NCBI GenBank assembly: GCA_963773405.1
Contig: CAVZAQ010000002.1
Location: 7,116-71,115, forward strand
Source: an uncultured Chloroflexia bacterium
GTDB lineage: Bacteria > Chloroflexota > Limnocylindria > QHBO01
Direction of reading: 5' to 3'
DNA length: 64,000 nt
Part shown: in pieces, positions 18,197-29,623 of the stretch
Numbering within the stretch: position 1 is the stretch's first letter
Layout of the letters: each line of letters opens with the position of its first letter
Made by a program: the position numbers and the translations under genes
The notes under the pieces: model-generated
The model's database searches: none
What the model was told of the DNA's origin: nothing
What the model saw: the letters and a program-made list of their open reading frames with translations, nothing else

Positions 18197-20148
18197 TCAG
18201 GCCCCCGTCGCGAGAGATGACAGGTCGTAGAGCGTGGCGCTGCCGCCGTAGGAGACCCGGGTCCCACCGAGGCGGCCCAGGTGTCGATCGCGGAGACGGA
18301 GCTGGAGCCGCCGCCCGGACGCCGAACCCGCCGCGGCCGCTGACCAGCACGTAGCGGATCCTGCCGGAGCGACGAGCGCCTTGAACTCGTCGAGGGTCGG
18401 GGCCGGATCGCTGCCATAGAAGCCGCCCATGGCCATGACGGGCGCTCCGGCCGCCAGCTCGATCGAGCCGGCCTCCTGGGCGGAGGTGGTGGCCACGATC
18501 CAGGTGGCGCCGTCCTGGTTGGCGAGCAGGTACTGGACCAGCGCGTTGAGTCGGTTGATGCCGCGCCGGGTCCGCCGTCGCCGGCGGATGCCGAAGTTGC
18601 CGGCGCTCGGACCGGCCGCCGGGTCGCCGCCGGAGTGGGCGGTGAGCATGGTGTCGACGGCATACGTCGTTGGCCCCGCGAGCAGGACCGCCAGCCCCAG
18701 CGCAACGGCGGCCATCTGGGTCTGGTGCTGATGCTCGTCGTGGGGCAGGGCGACGATCAGGGCCACGACCGCCGAGACGCCCAGCACGATGAGCCCCAGA
18801 CCCGGCGCGAAGCTGGGGGTGCGTCTCAAGCAGCTGCCAGGCGAGGAGGCCCGGAGCCCAGGATCGTGGCGCCCAGGACCAGGCCGCCGGCGATGGAGCG
18901 ACGACGCCACGACCACAGCTCCACGACGCCAATGCCCACCAGCGCGCCGATGGCCGGGGCGAGGGCGACCGCGTAGTAGCTGTGGATGATGCCCGGACAT
19001 GAGGCTGAAGGTGGCGGCGGTGACCACCAGCCAGAGCCCCACATCAGGGTCGCCGCGCGCCGCGGATCGGTGCGCACCGCCCGCCAGCGCATGGCGAGGC
19101 CGCTGGCCGAGGCCGACCAGCGGAGAACGGGAAGGAGCCATGCGACCTGGCCGCCCGAGCTCGCTGTTGAAGAGGCGGAAGCAGGCCGGGCGTGCCGGAG
19201 AAGCCGCCGCCGCCGCCGGGACGCCCGGGCCGGACCGCGGAAGCCGCCCGGTCCGCCGGGACCGCCGCCGAAGGTGTTGCCGAAGATGCGGGCCAGACCG
19301 TTGTAGCCAAAGATCAGGTCCAGCGCGGAGTTGTTCGTGGATCCACCGATGAACGGATGCGCCGATGCCGGCAGCAGCGCCGTGACGAGCACCCACCAGC
19401 TGCTGCTGACGAGGACGGTGACGAGGGCGATGCCCAGGACACCAAGGCGTCGCAGGACTCTGCCCGGCGCGGCGATCAGGTAGGTGATCGCGAATGCGGG
19501 CAGGACCAGGTAGGCCTGGAGCAGCTTGGTGTTGAAGGCCAGGCCCAACCAGCACCGCGGCGAGAACGACCCAGCGGATACGGCCGTGCTCGAGGGAGCG
19601 CAGGAAGGCGCCGGCCGCGCCCACGAGCAGGAGGGTCAGCAGGGCATCAGGGTTGTTGTAGCGGAAGATGAGGACCGCCGCCGGGGTGAGGGCCATGACC
19701 AGCGAGGCGATGAGCGGCGGCCGCCGGCCCATGGGAGCGCTTCACGATGACGAAGAGGAGCGCGACGCTCGGCACCCCGGCCAGCGCTTCGGGCAGCAGC
19801 ACGCTCCAGGACGAGAGCCCGAAGATCCGCACGGAAAGGCCCATCAGCATCGTCGCCAGCGGCGGCTTGTCGACGGTGATGAAGTTCGCGGCGTCGAAGC
19901 TGCCGAAGAACCATGCGGACCAGCTCTGGCTGGCGGCCAGCGCGGCCGCGGAGTAGTAGGTGTTCGCGAACCCCGAGACGGTCAGGTTGACGACGTACAG
20001 GATCGCCGCGAGGACCGTGACCCCAAGGAACGCGGGCCGGACCCAGACGTCATCCTCGGCGCGACCGCGGACCAGCGCGGCGAGGCTGGGCAGGCCAGGC
20101 GTTCGCGGCAGGCGCGACGTCGGTCGACGGGCGGGTGATCGAGGTCAT
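18197..20148 (-). pseudogene. GT-C glycosyltransferase, family 39 / ArnT-PMT-like, needing many frame corrections
   Basis: The readable protein hops between all three minus frames. The pieces in order are FLGVTVLAAILYVVNLTVSGFANTYYSAAAL...FITVDKPPLATMLMGLSVRIFG (via ORF 19647..19850), then LIASLVMALTPAAVLIFRYNNPDALLTLLL (ORF 18197..19732), then AFNTKLLQAYLVLPAFAITYL...FIGGSTNNSALDLIFGYNGLARIFG (ORF 18826..19548), and so on. At least 6 shifts by eye. Confidence 0.7.
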
Positions 20149-20344
20149 GGCGGGGCCTTTTTCAGTTCCAGGCGGTCTCGGACGGCTGTCGGCCCCGGTC
20201 GATCCATGCCCGAAGCATGACGTGCCGGAGCGATGGTGGCAGGTCCGTGTTGGACCAATGCGCCGCATTCTCGCGCCGAGGCGCCTTTCGGTCCGTCACG
20301 CGCCCTGGCGGAGACGGTTACGATGCGGATCCGCGGGGTCAGTG

Positions 20345-21573
20345 TCAGGAGGCGAGACGCCCGCTGGGCCAGCTGACCGACATCCGCGCGCCGCCCTGCG
20401 GGCGCGGCGTCCAGGCGCCAGCGGCCGCCGCTGGCGCGGACGACCTCGTCGGCGATGGCCAGGCCCAGCCCGGCGCCTGAACTCGCTCTCGGTCGCCCGG
20501 TGGAATCGGTCGAAGATGCGCCCACGCTCCTCCTCGGGGATACCCGGGCCGGCGTCATCGACGGTAAGCGTCGACCCGGCCGCCATCGGTCTGGACGGCT
20601 GACGGCCACACTGCGCACCTTCGGGCGAGTACTTGCAGGCGTTGTCGAGGAGAACGCCCAGGAGCCTGTCCAGCCAGTCCGGCGGGGCGGTGATGATCTG
20701 GCCCTCCGGCGCGTCCAGCGTCAGTGTCAGGTGGCGTGCCTCGGCGATGGCGTGGAAGCGGTCGACGGCCTGCGCGGCGAGGATGCCCAGGTCGACCGGT
20801 TCCGCATCGGGCTGGCCGTGCCGCGCGTCGAAGCGGGAGAGCCAGAGCAGGTCGTCGAGCAGGCGTCGCATCCGCGCGGATTCGCCGCTCACGCGCTCGA
20901 AGGTGGCGCGGTACCAGTCCGGCGCTGCGTGGCTCGGAGAGGGCCAGGCTGGTGTTCGCCTCGATCACCGAGAGGGGCGTGCGCAGCTCGTGGGAGGCAT
21001 CGGCGGAGAAGTCGAGCTGGCGACGCCGCGCAACCTCGATGGGCGTCGCCACCCGCCGCCCGACGAAGACGGCACCGCCGAAGACGACGATGAGCAGGAT
21101 TGGGCCGATGAGCAGCTCGGCGAGCACGAGGTTGGACTGGGTCCGGCCGATGTCCGTGATGTCCTGGCCCACCACCAGGTGGCCGCCCGCGACGTCGCGT
21201 CCCGGCGATGCGAACCTGCGTGCCGTTGATCGTCGTGGTCGTGGGACCGCGCGACCTCCAACTCCCCGGCTGGCAGCGAGGCATTGACGGTGGTGAGGAC
21301 GGTGCCGTCCGTCCGGACCAGCCAGGCCAGGACCGGCGGGCCGAGCGGACGATCGTGCGGACCCTCCGGTGGCTCGTCGCCCGACGCCGCCCGTGGGTGG
21401 CTGCGACTGGGTGAGCGCCGAGGTCAGGCGATCGTCGACCTGGCGGGTGAGGTTGGTGGAGACGATCACGAAGAACGCGATCGCCACGACGACGTAGACC
21501 GCAGCCACCGCGGCGGTGGTCCCAGCGCAACCCGGATCGAGGCGCGGCGGACGTCGTGGTTGGCGCCCGCCAT
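20345..21573 (-). pseudogene. Sensor histidine kinase, needing about 5 or more frame corrections
   Basis: The TM/HAMP region and H-box FSADASHELRTPLSVIE are in ORF 20555..21508. The N/G1 boxes LLDNACKYSP...TVDDAGPGIPEEERGRIFDRF are in ORF 20296..20892. The G2 box SGAGLGLAIADEVVRASGGRW is in ORF 20145..20618. The tail GGARMSVSWPSGRLAS* ends at 20345. The first shift is in a G-run right after MAGANHDVRRASIRVALG. Confidence 0.7.
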
Positions 21574-21575
21574 GC

Positions 21576-22246
21576 TCACGCCTCCTCCAGGCGGTAGCCG
21601 GCGCCCCGCACGGTGACGATGCGGACCGCCGCGTTGGGCAGCTTGGCGCGCAGGCGGCTCATCTGGACGTCGATGGCATTCGAGCCGAGGGGATCGGTCT
21701 CATCGGCCCACGCATGCTCCGCAATGGCCTTGCGGTCCACGACCGCGGGTGATCGGCGCATGAGGAGCTCCAGGATCAGGTACTCGGTGCCGGTGAGGCC
21801 CAGCGAGCGGGTCTCCGGCCATGACCGCGCGCTTTGCCGGGTCCAGGGAGATCCTGCCCTTCTCGAAGCACCGGTCCCTCGACGCCGCGCGGACGCCGCT
21901 GCAGCGCGCGGACGCGCGCGAGCAGCTCCCCGAAGTCGAAGGGCTTGACGAGGTAGTCATCCGCGCCGGTGTCGAGGCCGCGAATGCGATCCGCCGGGGC
22001 GTCCCGCGCGGTGAGCATGAGGAGCGCCGTGGGTCGCGCGTTGCGGCGCGCCCAGGCCACCACGTCGATTCCTTCGGCGCCCGGCATGCGCCAGTCGATG
22101 ATCGCGACGTCGTACTCGTACCATTGCATCTGGTCGATGGCGTCGTCGCCGCGGTCGACGGTGTCGACGTGGTATCCCGCGTCCCGCAGGCCCAGGGCGA
22201 TGATCTGCTGGAGGCCGGGATCGTCCTCGGCCACGAGGATGCGCAT
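21576..22246 (-). pseudogene. OmpR-family response regulator with two frameshifts in the winged-helix region
   Basis: The receiver is intact (MRILVAEDDPG...VAIIDWRMPG...LMLTARD...DDYLVKPF). FEKGRISLDPAKRAVMA is in a second frame, and MRRSPAVVDRKAIAEHAW...VQMSRLRAKL...VRGAGYRLEEA* is in a third (ORF 21576..21761). Confidence 0.8.
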
Positions 22247-22250
22247 GGGC

Positions 22251-22506
22251 TCATCTTCCTCCGACGAGCGTTCCCTCCGCCCGGCGCTCGCGCACGGCGT
22301 CGCGCAGCACAGGGTCCAGTCGCAGCGCCAGCACGGGGCAGATGTCCACGGCGCGCAGGGCAAGGTCGAGCAGATGGCCGGGAATCGGGCGCGTCGCGCA
22401 GGATCGGATAGCCCCAGTCGTCGAGCGCGATCATCTCGGGAAGGATCTCCGCGCACATGCCGTAGCCGTCGCACTTGATCCGATCGAGGGCAAGCCGGTG
22501 CCGCAT
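22251..22506 (-). pseudogene. Small single-cluster ferredoxin with one apparent frameshift
   Basis: MRHRLALDRIKCDGYGMCAEILPEMIALDDWGYPILRDAP, then in the next frame IPGHLLDLALRAVDICPVLALRL...GGR*. The start overlaps the upstream stop as TGATG, and the stop lies just before the response-regulator ATG. Confidence 0.6.
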
Positions 22507-23761
22507 CACGCCATCTCCCTTGCGTGGCGGGGCGGACGGGAGCAGCGGCCAGCCGCGTGCAGGGCGAACTCGTCGGCGAAGACCGCCAGGCCGCTGCGCA
22601 GCAGCGCGGCGGCACCATCGGGATGGTGGCAGGCGCCCCGTCCGATGAGCTCGGCCGACCATCGGTCCAGGTTGACCAGGTCGTCGCGGGCGGGTCCACC
22701 GGCTGCCAACCGTCGCAGGCTGGTGGCCATCGCGCCCAGGCCGAAGATGCATGGTCCGCACTGGCGTGCGCTCTCGCCGGCCATGTAGGCCACGATCTGC
22801 TCCGTTGCCCAGACCCCGCAGGACTCATTGCGGGAGCAGGCTCACCAGGCCGCACCCGAAGCCCAGGCCGATGGCGGACAGCGCGGCGGGGTCGAGCGGG
22901 GTGTCGAGCAGGTCGACACTGGCGGCCCCAGCCCCCGAAGTAGCCGCCCAGGAGCACCGCGCCGATCTCGTCCGGCGTGCCCCCGGCAAGCGCGATGAGC
23001 TCGCGCAGGGTCGTTCCGTACTCGATCTCGCGCACCCCCGGCTCGCGCACCGGCCCGGTGACCGTCACCAGCGCCGTTCCGCGGACCTCGCCGCGACCGG
23101 CTTCTCGGTACCACTCCGCGCCGTGCCGGGCAATGAGCGCCGCGTAGGCGAGGCTCTCGACGTTCTGGACCAGGGTCGGCCGGCCCCCGACGCCACGCTC
23201 GAAGGGCCGCGGCGGGGCGATGGTCGGGCGGGCGTCGCGCTCGTTGAGGTAGCGCACCACCGCGCTCGACTCCCCGGAGACGTAGCCCGTTGGCGCCTCC
23301 ACCAGCTCAAGGCTGATTCCGCGCACCCGGGGCCGCTGGGCGAGTGCGCGCTCGGCGGCAGCGTGCACCGCGTCGCGATGCTCGGTCCCGACATAGATGC
23401 GCACCATCCCGGCGCCAACGCTGAACGCGGCAAGGATTGCTCCATCGATGACCAGGTGCGGGCGCAGGGTCAACAGGGCGCGGTCCTTGGCGGAGCGCGG
23501 CTCGCCTTCGGCGCCGTTGGCGATGACGACGGTTCCTCGCCGGCCGCGGTCCGCAACGGCGCGCCATTTGCGACCCACCGGGAATCCCGCGCCGCCGCGG
23601 CCCAGGAGACCGCTGCGCTCGAGGCTCTCGATCAGACGCGGCCCCGCGAAGCCGTACGGCGGCTCGCCGAGGCGCGCGACGTGGTCAGCATAGCACTCGG
23701 CACCGTCGTCGAAGCGCGGGCCGGCCAGCAGCCGGTAGGGGGAGGTGGCGACGGCAGTCAT
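22506..23761 (-). pseudogene. NuoF-like (NADH dehydrogenase 51-kDa-type, SLBB plus 4Fe-4S) protein with two frameshifts
   Basis: LLGRGGAGFPVGRKW...VIANGAEGEPRSAKDRALL...LVQNVESLAYAALIARHGAEWY. It then shifts to ASVDLLDTPLDPAALSAIGLGFGCGLVSLLP, then to NESCGVWATEQIVAYMAGESARQCGPCIFG...GRGACHHPDG...EMA* (ORF 22506..22793). Confidence 0.7.
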
Positions 23762-24342
23762 CGTGGCATCCGCTGCGAGGTGGGAGGCGGGAGTGCCGAC
23801 TCCCGGGTGACGAGCGCCGCGTCGGCAGCGGTCGCCCGCCAGGCAACCGCGCCGAGGACGGTGAGCAGGCAGGCCGCGTCCAGCGACCCACATCCACACC
23901 GCGCGGGTGTCCGACCCGGTGCCGATCCCGTGGATCAGCGCCATCGGCCAGGCGGCATAGGTGAGCCAGTGGATGACACGCCAGGTGCGGCGCCCGAAGT
24001 GCGGCCGCAGCAGGCTGGTGACGATGATGGCGGCGATCAGGTACATCGACACGCCGCCCAGTCCAAGCCAGATCTGCCGATACGGGGACGAGAAGGGCAG
24101 CAGCGCGGCACCCACGCCCAACGAGGTGTACGGGTCGAGAACGGCAATCAGGATGTGGATCCCCAGGAAGACGATCGTCAGCAGCGAGACGGCCGGTGGA
24201 ACTCCGCGCTCAGGAAGCGCGGCCAGCCAGGTCGCTGCCAGCGGACGGCGGTCAGGACCCCCAGGGCGACGACGCCGGTCAGCATGATCAGCGAGGCGAT
24301 CCCGGCGCCCCGGGTGGCGTACCACAGGAAGCTCTCGATCAT
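23758..24342 (-). pseudogene. Ferric-reductase-like transmembrane (haem b type) component, frameshifted
   Basis: MIESFLWYATRGAGIASLIMLTGVVALGVL (ORF 24178..24375), then LLTIVFLGIHILIAVLDPY...RVIHWLTYAAWPMALIHGIGTGSD, then the tail AACLLTVLGAVAWRAT...QRMPR*. The TGA overlaps the next gene's start as ATGA. Confidence 0.6.
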
Positions 24343-25273
24343 GCCGGCACCGCCAGGGTCTCCGGCGCGGGCCACCCGGCCACGCGCTCAATGCGTTCCG
24401 TCCTTGGCGACGAGCCGCGCGGGGAGGCTGCGCTCGGTGAGCCAGTCCCGCGCGTGCTCGCCAAGGAGGATCGCGGCGGTGGCGGCGATGTTCGCGTCGA
24501 CGCAGGTCGCCGCGGCGACGCTCGCGGTGCGCCATGGCCCGTCGGCCGGGCGCCCGGTGCGGGGGTCGACGAGGTGATGGAGGCCGAATGCCGTCGCGGG
24601 TCCAGCGCCGAACGGTGACGCTCGAGGTTGCGACGGCTCCCCGGTGATGGTGATCATCTCGCCGCTCGCCGTCCAACGGGATCGCGTGGTCCTCTGCGGC
24701 CAGCACGCGCCAGCCACCGGCAGGGGCCGCTCCGGCGACGGCGATGTCGCCGCCCAGGCTGACCAGGACACCGCCGTCACCCATGGCGAGGTTGGCGGCC
24801 GCCGCGGCCAGGTCGGCGGCCAGCGCCTTCCCGGTGGAGCCCAGGTCCAGCTCGACGCCGGGCTCAAGGCGGACTGTCCGTGCGCGCTCGTCGAGGTGCA
24901 CGGACTGCCAGCCGGGCACCGGCTCGAAGCGGAGCGCGGGACCGCTGGTCAGGGCCGCGATGGTCTCGAAGTGATCGTCGTAGCCAATGAGCCGCATGGC
25001 GCGCCCCACGGTGGGATCCACGAGGCCGTCACTGAGGCGCGCGCCGCGCAGGGCGGTCGCCACGGCGTGAGTGAGGAGGCCGCTGACCGGCACGATCTGT
25101 CCCGCCCGCGCGTTGAGGTGGGAGAGCTCGCTGTCGGGGCGGAAGCGGCTGTACGTCGCGTCGACGAGCTCCAGCAGCTCCTCGACGGCCCGGCGCGCCG
25201 GTTCGGGGTGGCCGCCGTTCGTCACGAGGCGCACGCCGGTGCCGAGGGCGCGCCAGGTGGCGGTCCTGATCAT
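24339..25273 (-). pseudogene. apbE: ApbE-family FAD:protein FMN transferase with several frameshifts in the C-terminal third
   Basis: MIRTATWRALGTGVRLV...ATYSRFRPDSELSHLN...LDLGSTGKALAADL...VLVSLGGDIAV are in one frame. GAVATSSVTVRRW, LHHLVDPRTGRP...ASVAAATCVDANIAATAAIL and the tail RVAGWPAPETLAVPA* are in others. Confidence 0.75.
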
Positions 25274-25275
25274 GG

Positions 25276-25586
25276 CTAGGATCCGCCGCTCGCGGCGTGT
25301 GCGGTCCCCCGGTCGTGCTGCCGATGCTGATCGTGCCCAGCGCTGAGCCCGTCGACAAGGAGCTCGTGCCGGAGATGGTGGACGAAGAGGTGCCTGAAGC
25401 GGCGGTGGAGCTGTTGGTCGTGGAGACGGCGGCCGATGCCTGCGTACCGGGGTTGCTCATGGCAGCAACCCAGCTGAAGCCTACGGTTGCGGAAACGCCA
25501 ACGAAGGTTGCGCCCGCCGTCAGCACCCGGAGCCGCTCGATTGCGCGGTTTCGCTGTGCTGGGGTGAGTCGTTGCGCTGTCTTCAT
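25276..25586 (-). CDS. Small Ser/Thr-rich exported protein (hypothetical)
   Basis: MKTAQRLTPAQRNRAIERLRVLTAGATFVGVSATVGFSWVAA, then a low-complexity S/T/G tract. The uncorrected ORF (25029..25586) runs into apbE, so the true end is probably near 25276. That end is uncertain. Confidence 0.35.
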
Positions 25587-25663
25587 GCCGCCAGTCTCGA
25601 GGACCGAACCTTTCGGCTCGGTTACGCGAGCCCGGTACTCGCGCCCTGCGGCCGGGACGGGTT

Positions 25664-27228
25664 TCAGCGGCTCGGGTCGGGGGACGGTCCGGGATCCCGG
25701 TCGGCTGCCAGGGTGCCCAGGAGACCGATGGGCGAATCACCAGCGCGACCCAGGCCGCGAGGAGTGCCGACGAGCGCGGCCGTCTGCCCAATCGCCACGA
25801 CGGTGATCACGGTCTCGCTGCGGGCGAGGTCGGCGAACGGCAGCGAGATCCGGGTGACGAGATTGCCGAAGCCGCCCCCGGATCCGCGGAAATCCGCCCG
25901 AAATCGCCTCCCCCGAATCCGCCGCTCCCGCGACCGAAGGAGACAGCCAGCGGCGCCGCGAGAACAGCATGGATGTTCACCGCGTTGAGCAACCCAACCG
26001 CGCCGTAGGCTGCGGCACGCAGCGAGACCGCCCGCCGCCAGCAGGGCGGCCGGGGCGAAGAAGGCGAAGAGGTAGCGCTCGTGCACGCGCGTGGGAAGGA
26101 GGTAGAAGGCCAGGGCGAGGACGGAGAAGCCCAGGAGGATCGGCAGCCGGCCGTCGCGGCAGCAGCAGCCCCACGACAACGACGATCGCCGCGGCTCCGA
26201 GCAGCGTGGCGGAGACGAGCCAGGCCGGGATGCCCTGCCACCACCGCCAGCGAATCCGGCGTCCAGGAGCCACCAGTGCCGGCCATCAGCCCGGCCAGGG
26301 GTGCCGGGCCCACCAGGGCCCACGCGTTGTAGGCGTTGGCGGTCAGGACGCTGAACTGGCCGCCCAGCGAGAGGAAGAGGTTGACCAGGCCCGCGACGTG
26401 GCCGATGACCGGCACGTCGGAGAGGCTGGCGGGTGCCAGGCGGATGATGTCGAAGGGAGCAGCGGCAGGATGACGGCCAGGGCGGCGGCCACCGCCGAGG
26501 TGCCGAGCCGTACCGGTCCCTGCTCACGCAGGAGCCCGCCCAGCGCCCGGTCCAGCGCCGCGAGGCGAGCGCCGAGCGCCGGCATCGGTCCGCTGCCCGG
26601 TCGCAGGAGGTGGCGACGGACGAGAACCGGGGCAATGACCACCAGGACGATGGCGTCCTGCGGCTTGACCAGCAGACTGAGGGCGCCCATGGCCGCCGCC
26701 GCCTCGCTCCAACCCTCCACGAGGAGGACCAGCGCGCCCAGCATGACCAGCGTCCCGACCGCGTCCACCTGGCCCCAGAGCGCGGAGTCGTACCAGGTGA
26801 CCGGGATGAACAGGTAGAGGGCTGCGGCGATGCTGCCTGCCCCACGCCCGAACCACCGGGAGCCGGCGCGATAGAGCACGAGTGCGATCAGGAGGTCCGC
26901 AACGATGGCCGGAAGCTTCAGGAGGTCAACGATGGCCTGGTCCAGGCTGGCGCCGGTGACCGCGGCGAGCGGGTGGGCCAGGAGGCCCACCAGCCACAGG
27001 ATGGCCGGGTAGACCGGGGGATAGTTGGCGCTCGCGGCGCTGGCGTAGAAGGAGCCCGGCCCGACCTCGGTCAGGGTGCGGGTCCAGCTCTCGAAGAAGC
27101 CCAGGTCGGCGGCGAGCCCCTTGCCGGGAAACACCAGGTAGGCGAGCACCAGGCGCAAACCCAGCCCGGCAGCCGCCACGGCCAGGAACCCGCGTGCCTG
27201 CGCGCGAAGCTCACGCACTCCCTCCGAC
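25664..27228 (-). pseudogene. Second GT-C-fold membrane glycosyltransferase (PMT_2 / mannosyltransferase-like), multiply frameshifted
   Basis: FLAVAAAGLGLRLVLAYLVFPGKG...ANYPPVYPAILWL...LLKLPAIVADLLIALVLY...YDSALWGQVDAVGTLVMLGALVLL (ORF 26343..28091). Next comes VIGHVAGLVNLFLSLGGQFSVLTANAYNAWALVGP (ORF 25807..26415). Then LPILLGFSVLALAFYLLPTRVHERYLF (ORF 25664..26845). Confidence 0.6.
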
Positions 27229-27277
27229 GAGGGTCCGGATCCGATGCAGGGCGGGCGCTGAACGCCAGCCCTGCGGG

Positions 27278-27860
27278 TCATTGTCCGCTCAGTGCCCCGC
27301 GATCTGTCACATCCGTGGCGGTGAGGCCGGACACCGAGACGATCACCTGCGACCCGGTGCTGAGCTCGCCGGCCGCTGCGCTCACCTGCGCGTGATAGGT
27401 CGTCGACGAGCCCAGGGTGATCTGCACCATCTGGCCGTCGGCCAGCTGCAGGGTCAGCGTATCCCCGGAGACCGATGTCACGGTCCCGGTGAGGCTGCGC
27501 GACCCGCCGATGCGGTTCGCATCGTCGCCGCCAGTCCGCCCCGTCGTCGCGGCCGCCCGGAACACCGAGGTTCGGCACCGTCGCGCCGTTGCCGAGACCG
27601 GCGCCGGCGCCGACGCCGGCGGGCAGGGAGGTGGACGTGACGCCCGCGGTCGTCCGACCGACGGCGAACGCGACGCCCGCAATGGCGACCACGCCGGCCA
27701 GGGCGAGGAGGAGCGAAACCGCCGAGATGCCGCCCAGGCGCCGGCGGGTATTGGCGGGGTTCCTGTACGGAGACTGGAAGACGACCTCGCTGCCAGCGGG
27801 CGCGAAGACGCGGGACTCTCGCTCCTCCGGCTGTTCGGGCGTCGGGCTCGAGACTGTCAT
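27278..27860 (-). pseudogene. Membrane-anchored secreted protein with a C-terminal beta-rich domain (hypothetical), one frameshift
   Basis: MTVSSPTPEQPEE...GGISAVSLLLALAGVVAIAGVAFAV (TM segment), then after about 27540 the frame of ORF 27278..27682 follows (LTGTVTSVSGDTLTLQLADGQMVQITLGSSTTYH...). Confidence 0.45.
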
Positions 27861-28042
27861 CGGGTTCTCCAGCTGTGCAGATGCGTGGATCCGGCGCGCG
27901 TGGTTCCCACGTGCCAGGGGAGGATGGTCCGCTCTGCCTTTCGATTGCGTTACGGAATGCGCTTCGAGCTCGTAACCCGCTCGAAAGGAAGCGAGGCTGA
28001 TCGTGCGGCAAACAGCGCATTTCAGCCGAGGAGCTGACTCCC

Positions 28043-29027
28043 ATGGACCCGACGAACAATCCGACCGGCACGCCGCCGGCGGCAGAACCACTTACTCCAC
28101 ACCCCGTCGACGGACCTCGCCCCCGTCTACGCGCCACCTGTCCCTGCCTCGGCGACAGGCAGCGTTCCGCGGCCAGAACGGCGCATCGCCTGGCTGCGGA
28201 CGACGGTCGCGGCGCTGACCATTGGCATCGTCGCCGGCGGAGGCGCCGGCGCAGGGGCCGCCGTCCTGGTGGCCGGTCACACGGCCAAGCCGTCCGCCTC
28301 GACGGGGACCGCCGCCCAGGCCGCCTCCGTGGTGACCACCACGACCACCGACCAGAGCACCGCCGTGGTGGATGCCGCCCGGTCGGTTGGCCCGGCCGTG
28401 GTCGTCATCGAGACGCAGAGCGCGGGATTCGGCGGTGCGGCAACGGGCATTGGCTCAGGCTTCATCTACGACGCGAACGGCTACATCCTCACCAACAACC
28501 ACGTGATTGCCGGGGCCGGAAGCATCACCGTGACCCTCGCCGACGGTCGCCAATTCGCCGGGACCGTGGTCCAGGCTGACGCCGCCAACGACCTGGCCGT
28601 GGTCAAGATCGCGGCGACGGGGCTGCCAACCGCCACCATCGGCTCGAGCGCGGACCTCAAGGTCGGCCAACTGGTGGTTGCCATCGGTGACCCGCTCGGG
28701 CAGTTCGCCAACACGGTGACGACCGGCATCGTCAGCGGGCTCGGCCGCGAGATCACCGCCGGCAGCGGACCGCGCGGCGGGGAGCAGCTCAACGGGTTGA
28801 TCCAGACCGATGCCGCCATCAACTCGGGCAACAGCGGCGGCCCGCTGGTGAACGCGGCCGGGCAGGTGATTGGCGATCAACACGGCCACGGCCTCCAACG
28901 CCCAGGGCCTTGGCTTCGCGATCCCCATCGACGCGGCGCGCGCCATCATGTCGGCCGCGCATGCAGACGGTCGCCTGAGCCGATCCGCACCACCGGTGCG
29001 CGACCGCGCCGGGGCACGAAGGGTTAG
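28043..29027 (+). pseudogene. HtrA/DegP-type trypsin-like serine protease, frameshifted at both ends
   Basis: The core is in ORF 28269..29027: GSGFIYDANGYILTNNHVI...NDLAVVKI...TTGIVSGLGR...IQTDAAINSGNSGGPLVNAAGQVIG. The continuation INTATASNAQGLGFAIPIDAARAIM is in ORF 28870..29316. The N-terminal anchor spans two frames. The 3' end is uncertain. Confidence 0.65.
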
Positions 29028-29052
29028 CTGCCCGTTTCCGAGGCGCCGGTCG

Positions 29053-29623
29053 TCACCGGCCGATGGTTGCTCCCACCGGCACGCGACCGGCGTCGACGCC
29101 CGCCGCAAACACGCCCAGGTCGGCCTCCAGGATCTGCGGCCGCTTGGCGCCCACCATCTCGCGCAGGGTGGCCTCCACCGACCGGACGGTGACCCAGCCC
29201 AACCGCGACACGAGCGCCCCCAGCGCCGCAACGCTCACGAGCTTGTCGTCTCCGCCCTCCGCCGCAACGGCGGTGCAGTCGAGCCGAAGCTCGTCGATCT
29301 CCGGCCGCTCGGCTGACCCCTCGACCAGGGAGCTGTTGACGATCAGCAGGCCGCCGTCAGCGACTCGCGGACGCGAACTTGGCGAGCGACGGCGGGTTCA
29401 TGACCACCGCCGCGTCGTAGCGGTCGACGACCGGCGAGCCGATGGCGGCATCCCCGACGATCACGGTGCATGACGCTGTGCCGCCGCGCATCTCCGGGCC
29501 ATAGGAGGGGATCCAGAAGACTTCGAGCCCGTCCTTGATGCCGGCCCGCGCGAGCACCTGCCCGGCGAAGAGGAGCCCCTGCCCCCCGAATCCGGCGAAG
29601 ACGACAGATCGCTCCACGGTCAT
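29053..29623 (-). pseudogene. korC: 2-oxoacid:ferredoxin oxidoreductase gamma subunit with one frameshift near 29350
   Basis: [56 protein letters not shown] (ORF 29357..29623). The protein then continues in the frame of ORF 29053..29238 (VADGGLLIVNSSLVEG...LGALVSRLGWV...). Confidence 0.75.

Noticed and set aside
21776-25273. A 1165-aa ORF on the minus strand that looks like a giant multidomain protein.
   Set aside because: It is a read-through artefact. Five separate genes lie here (ApbE, ferric-reductase-like, NuoF-like, ferredoxin, response regulator), and several of their authentic segments are in other frames. The frame stays open only because stop codons are rare in GC-rich DNA.
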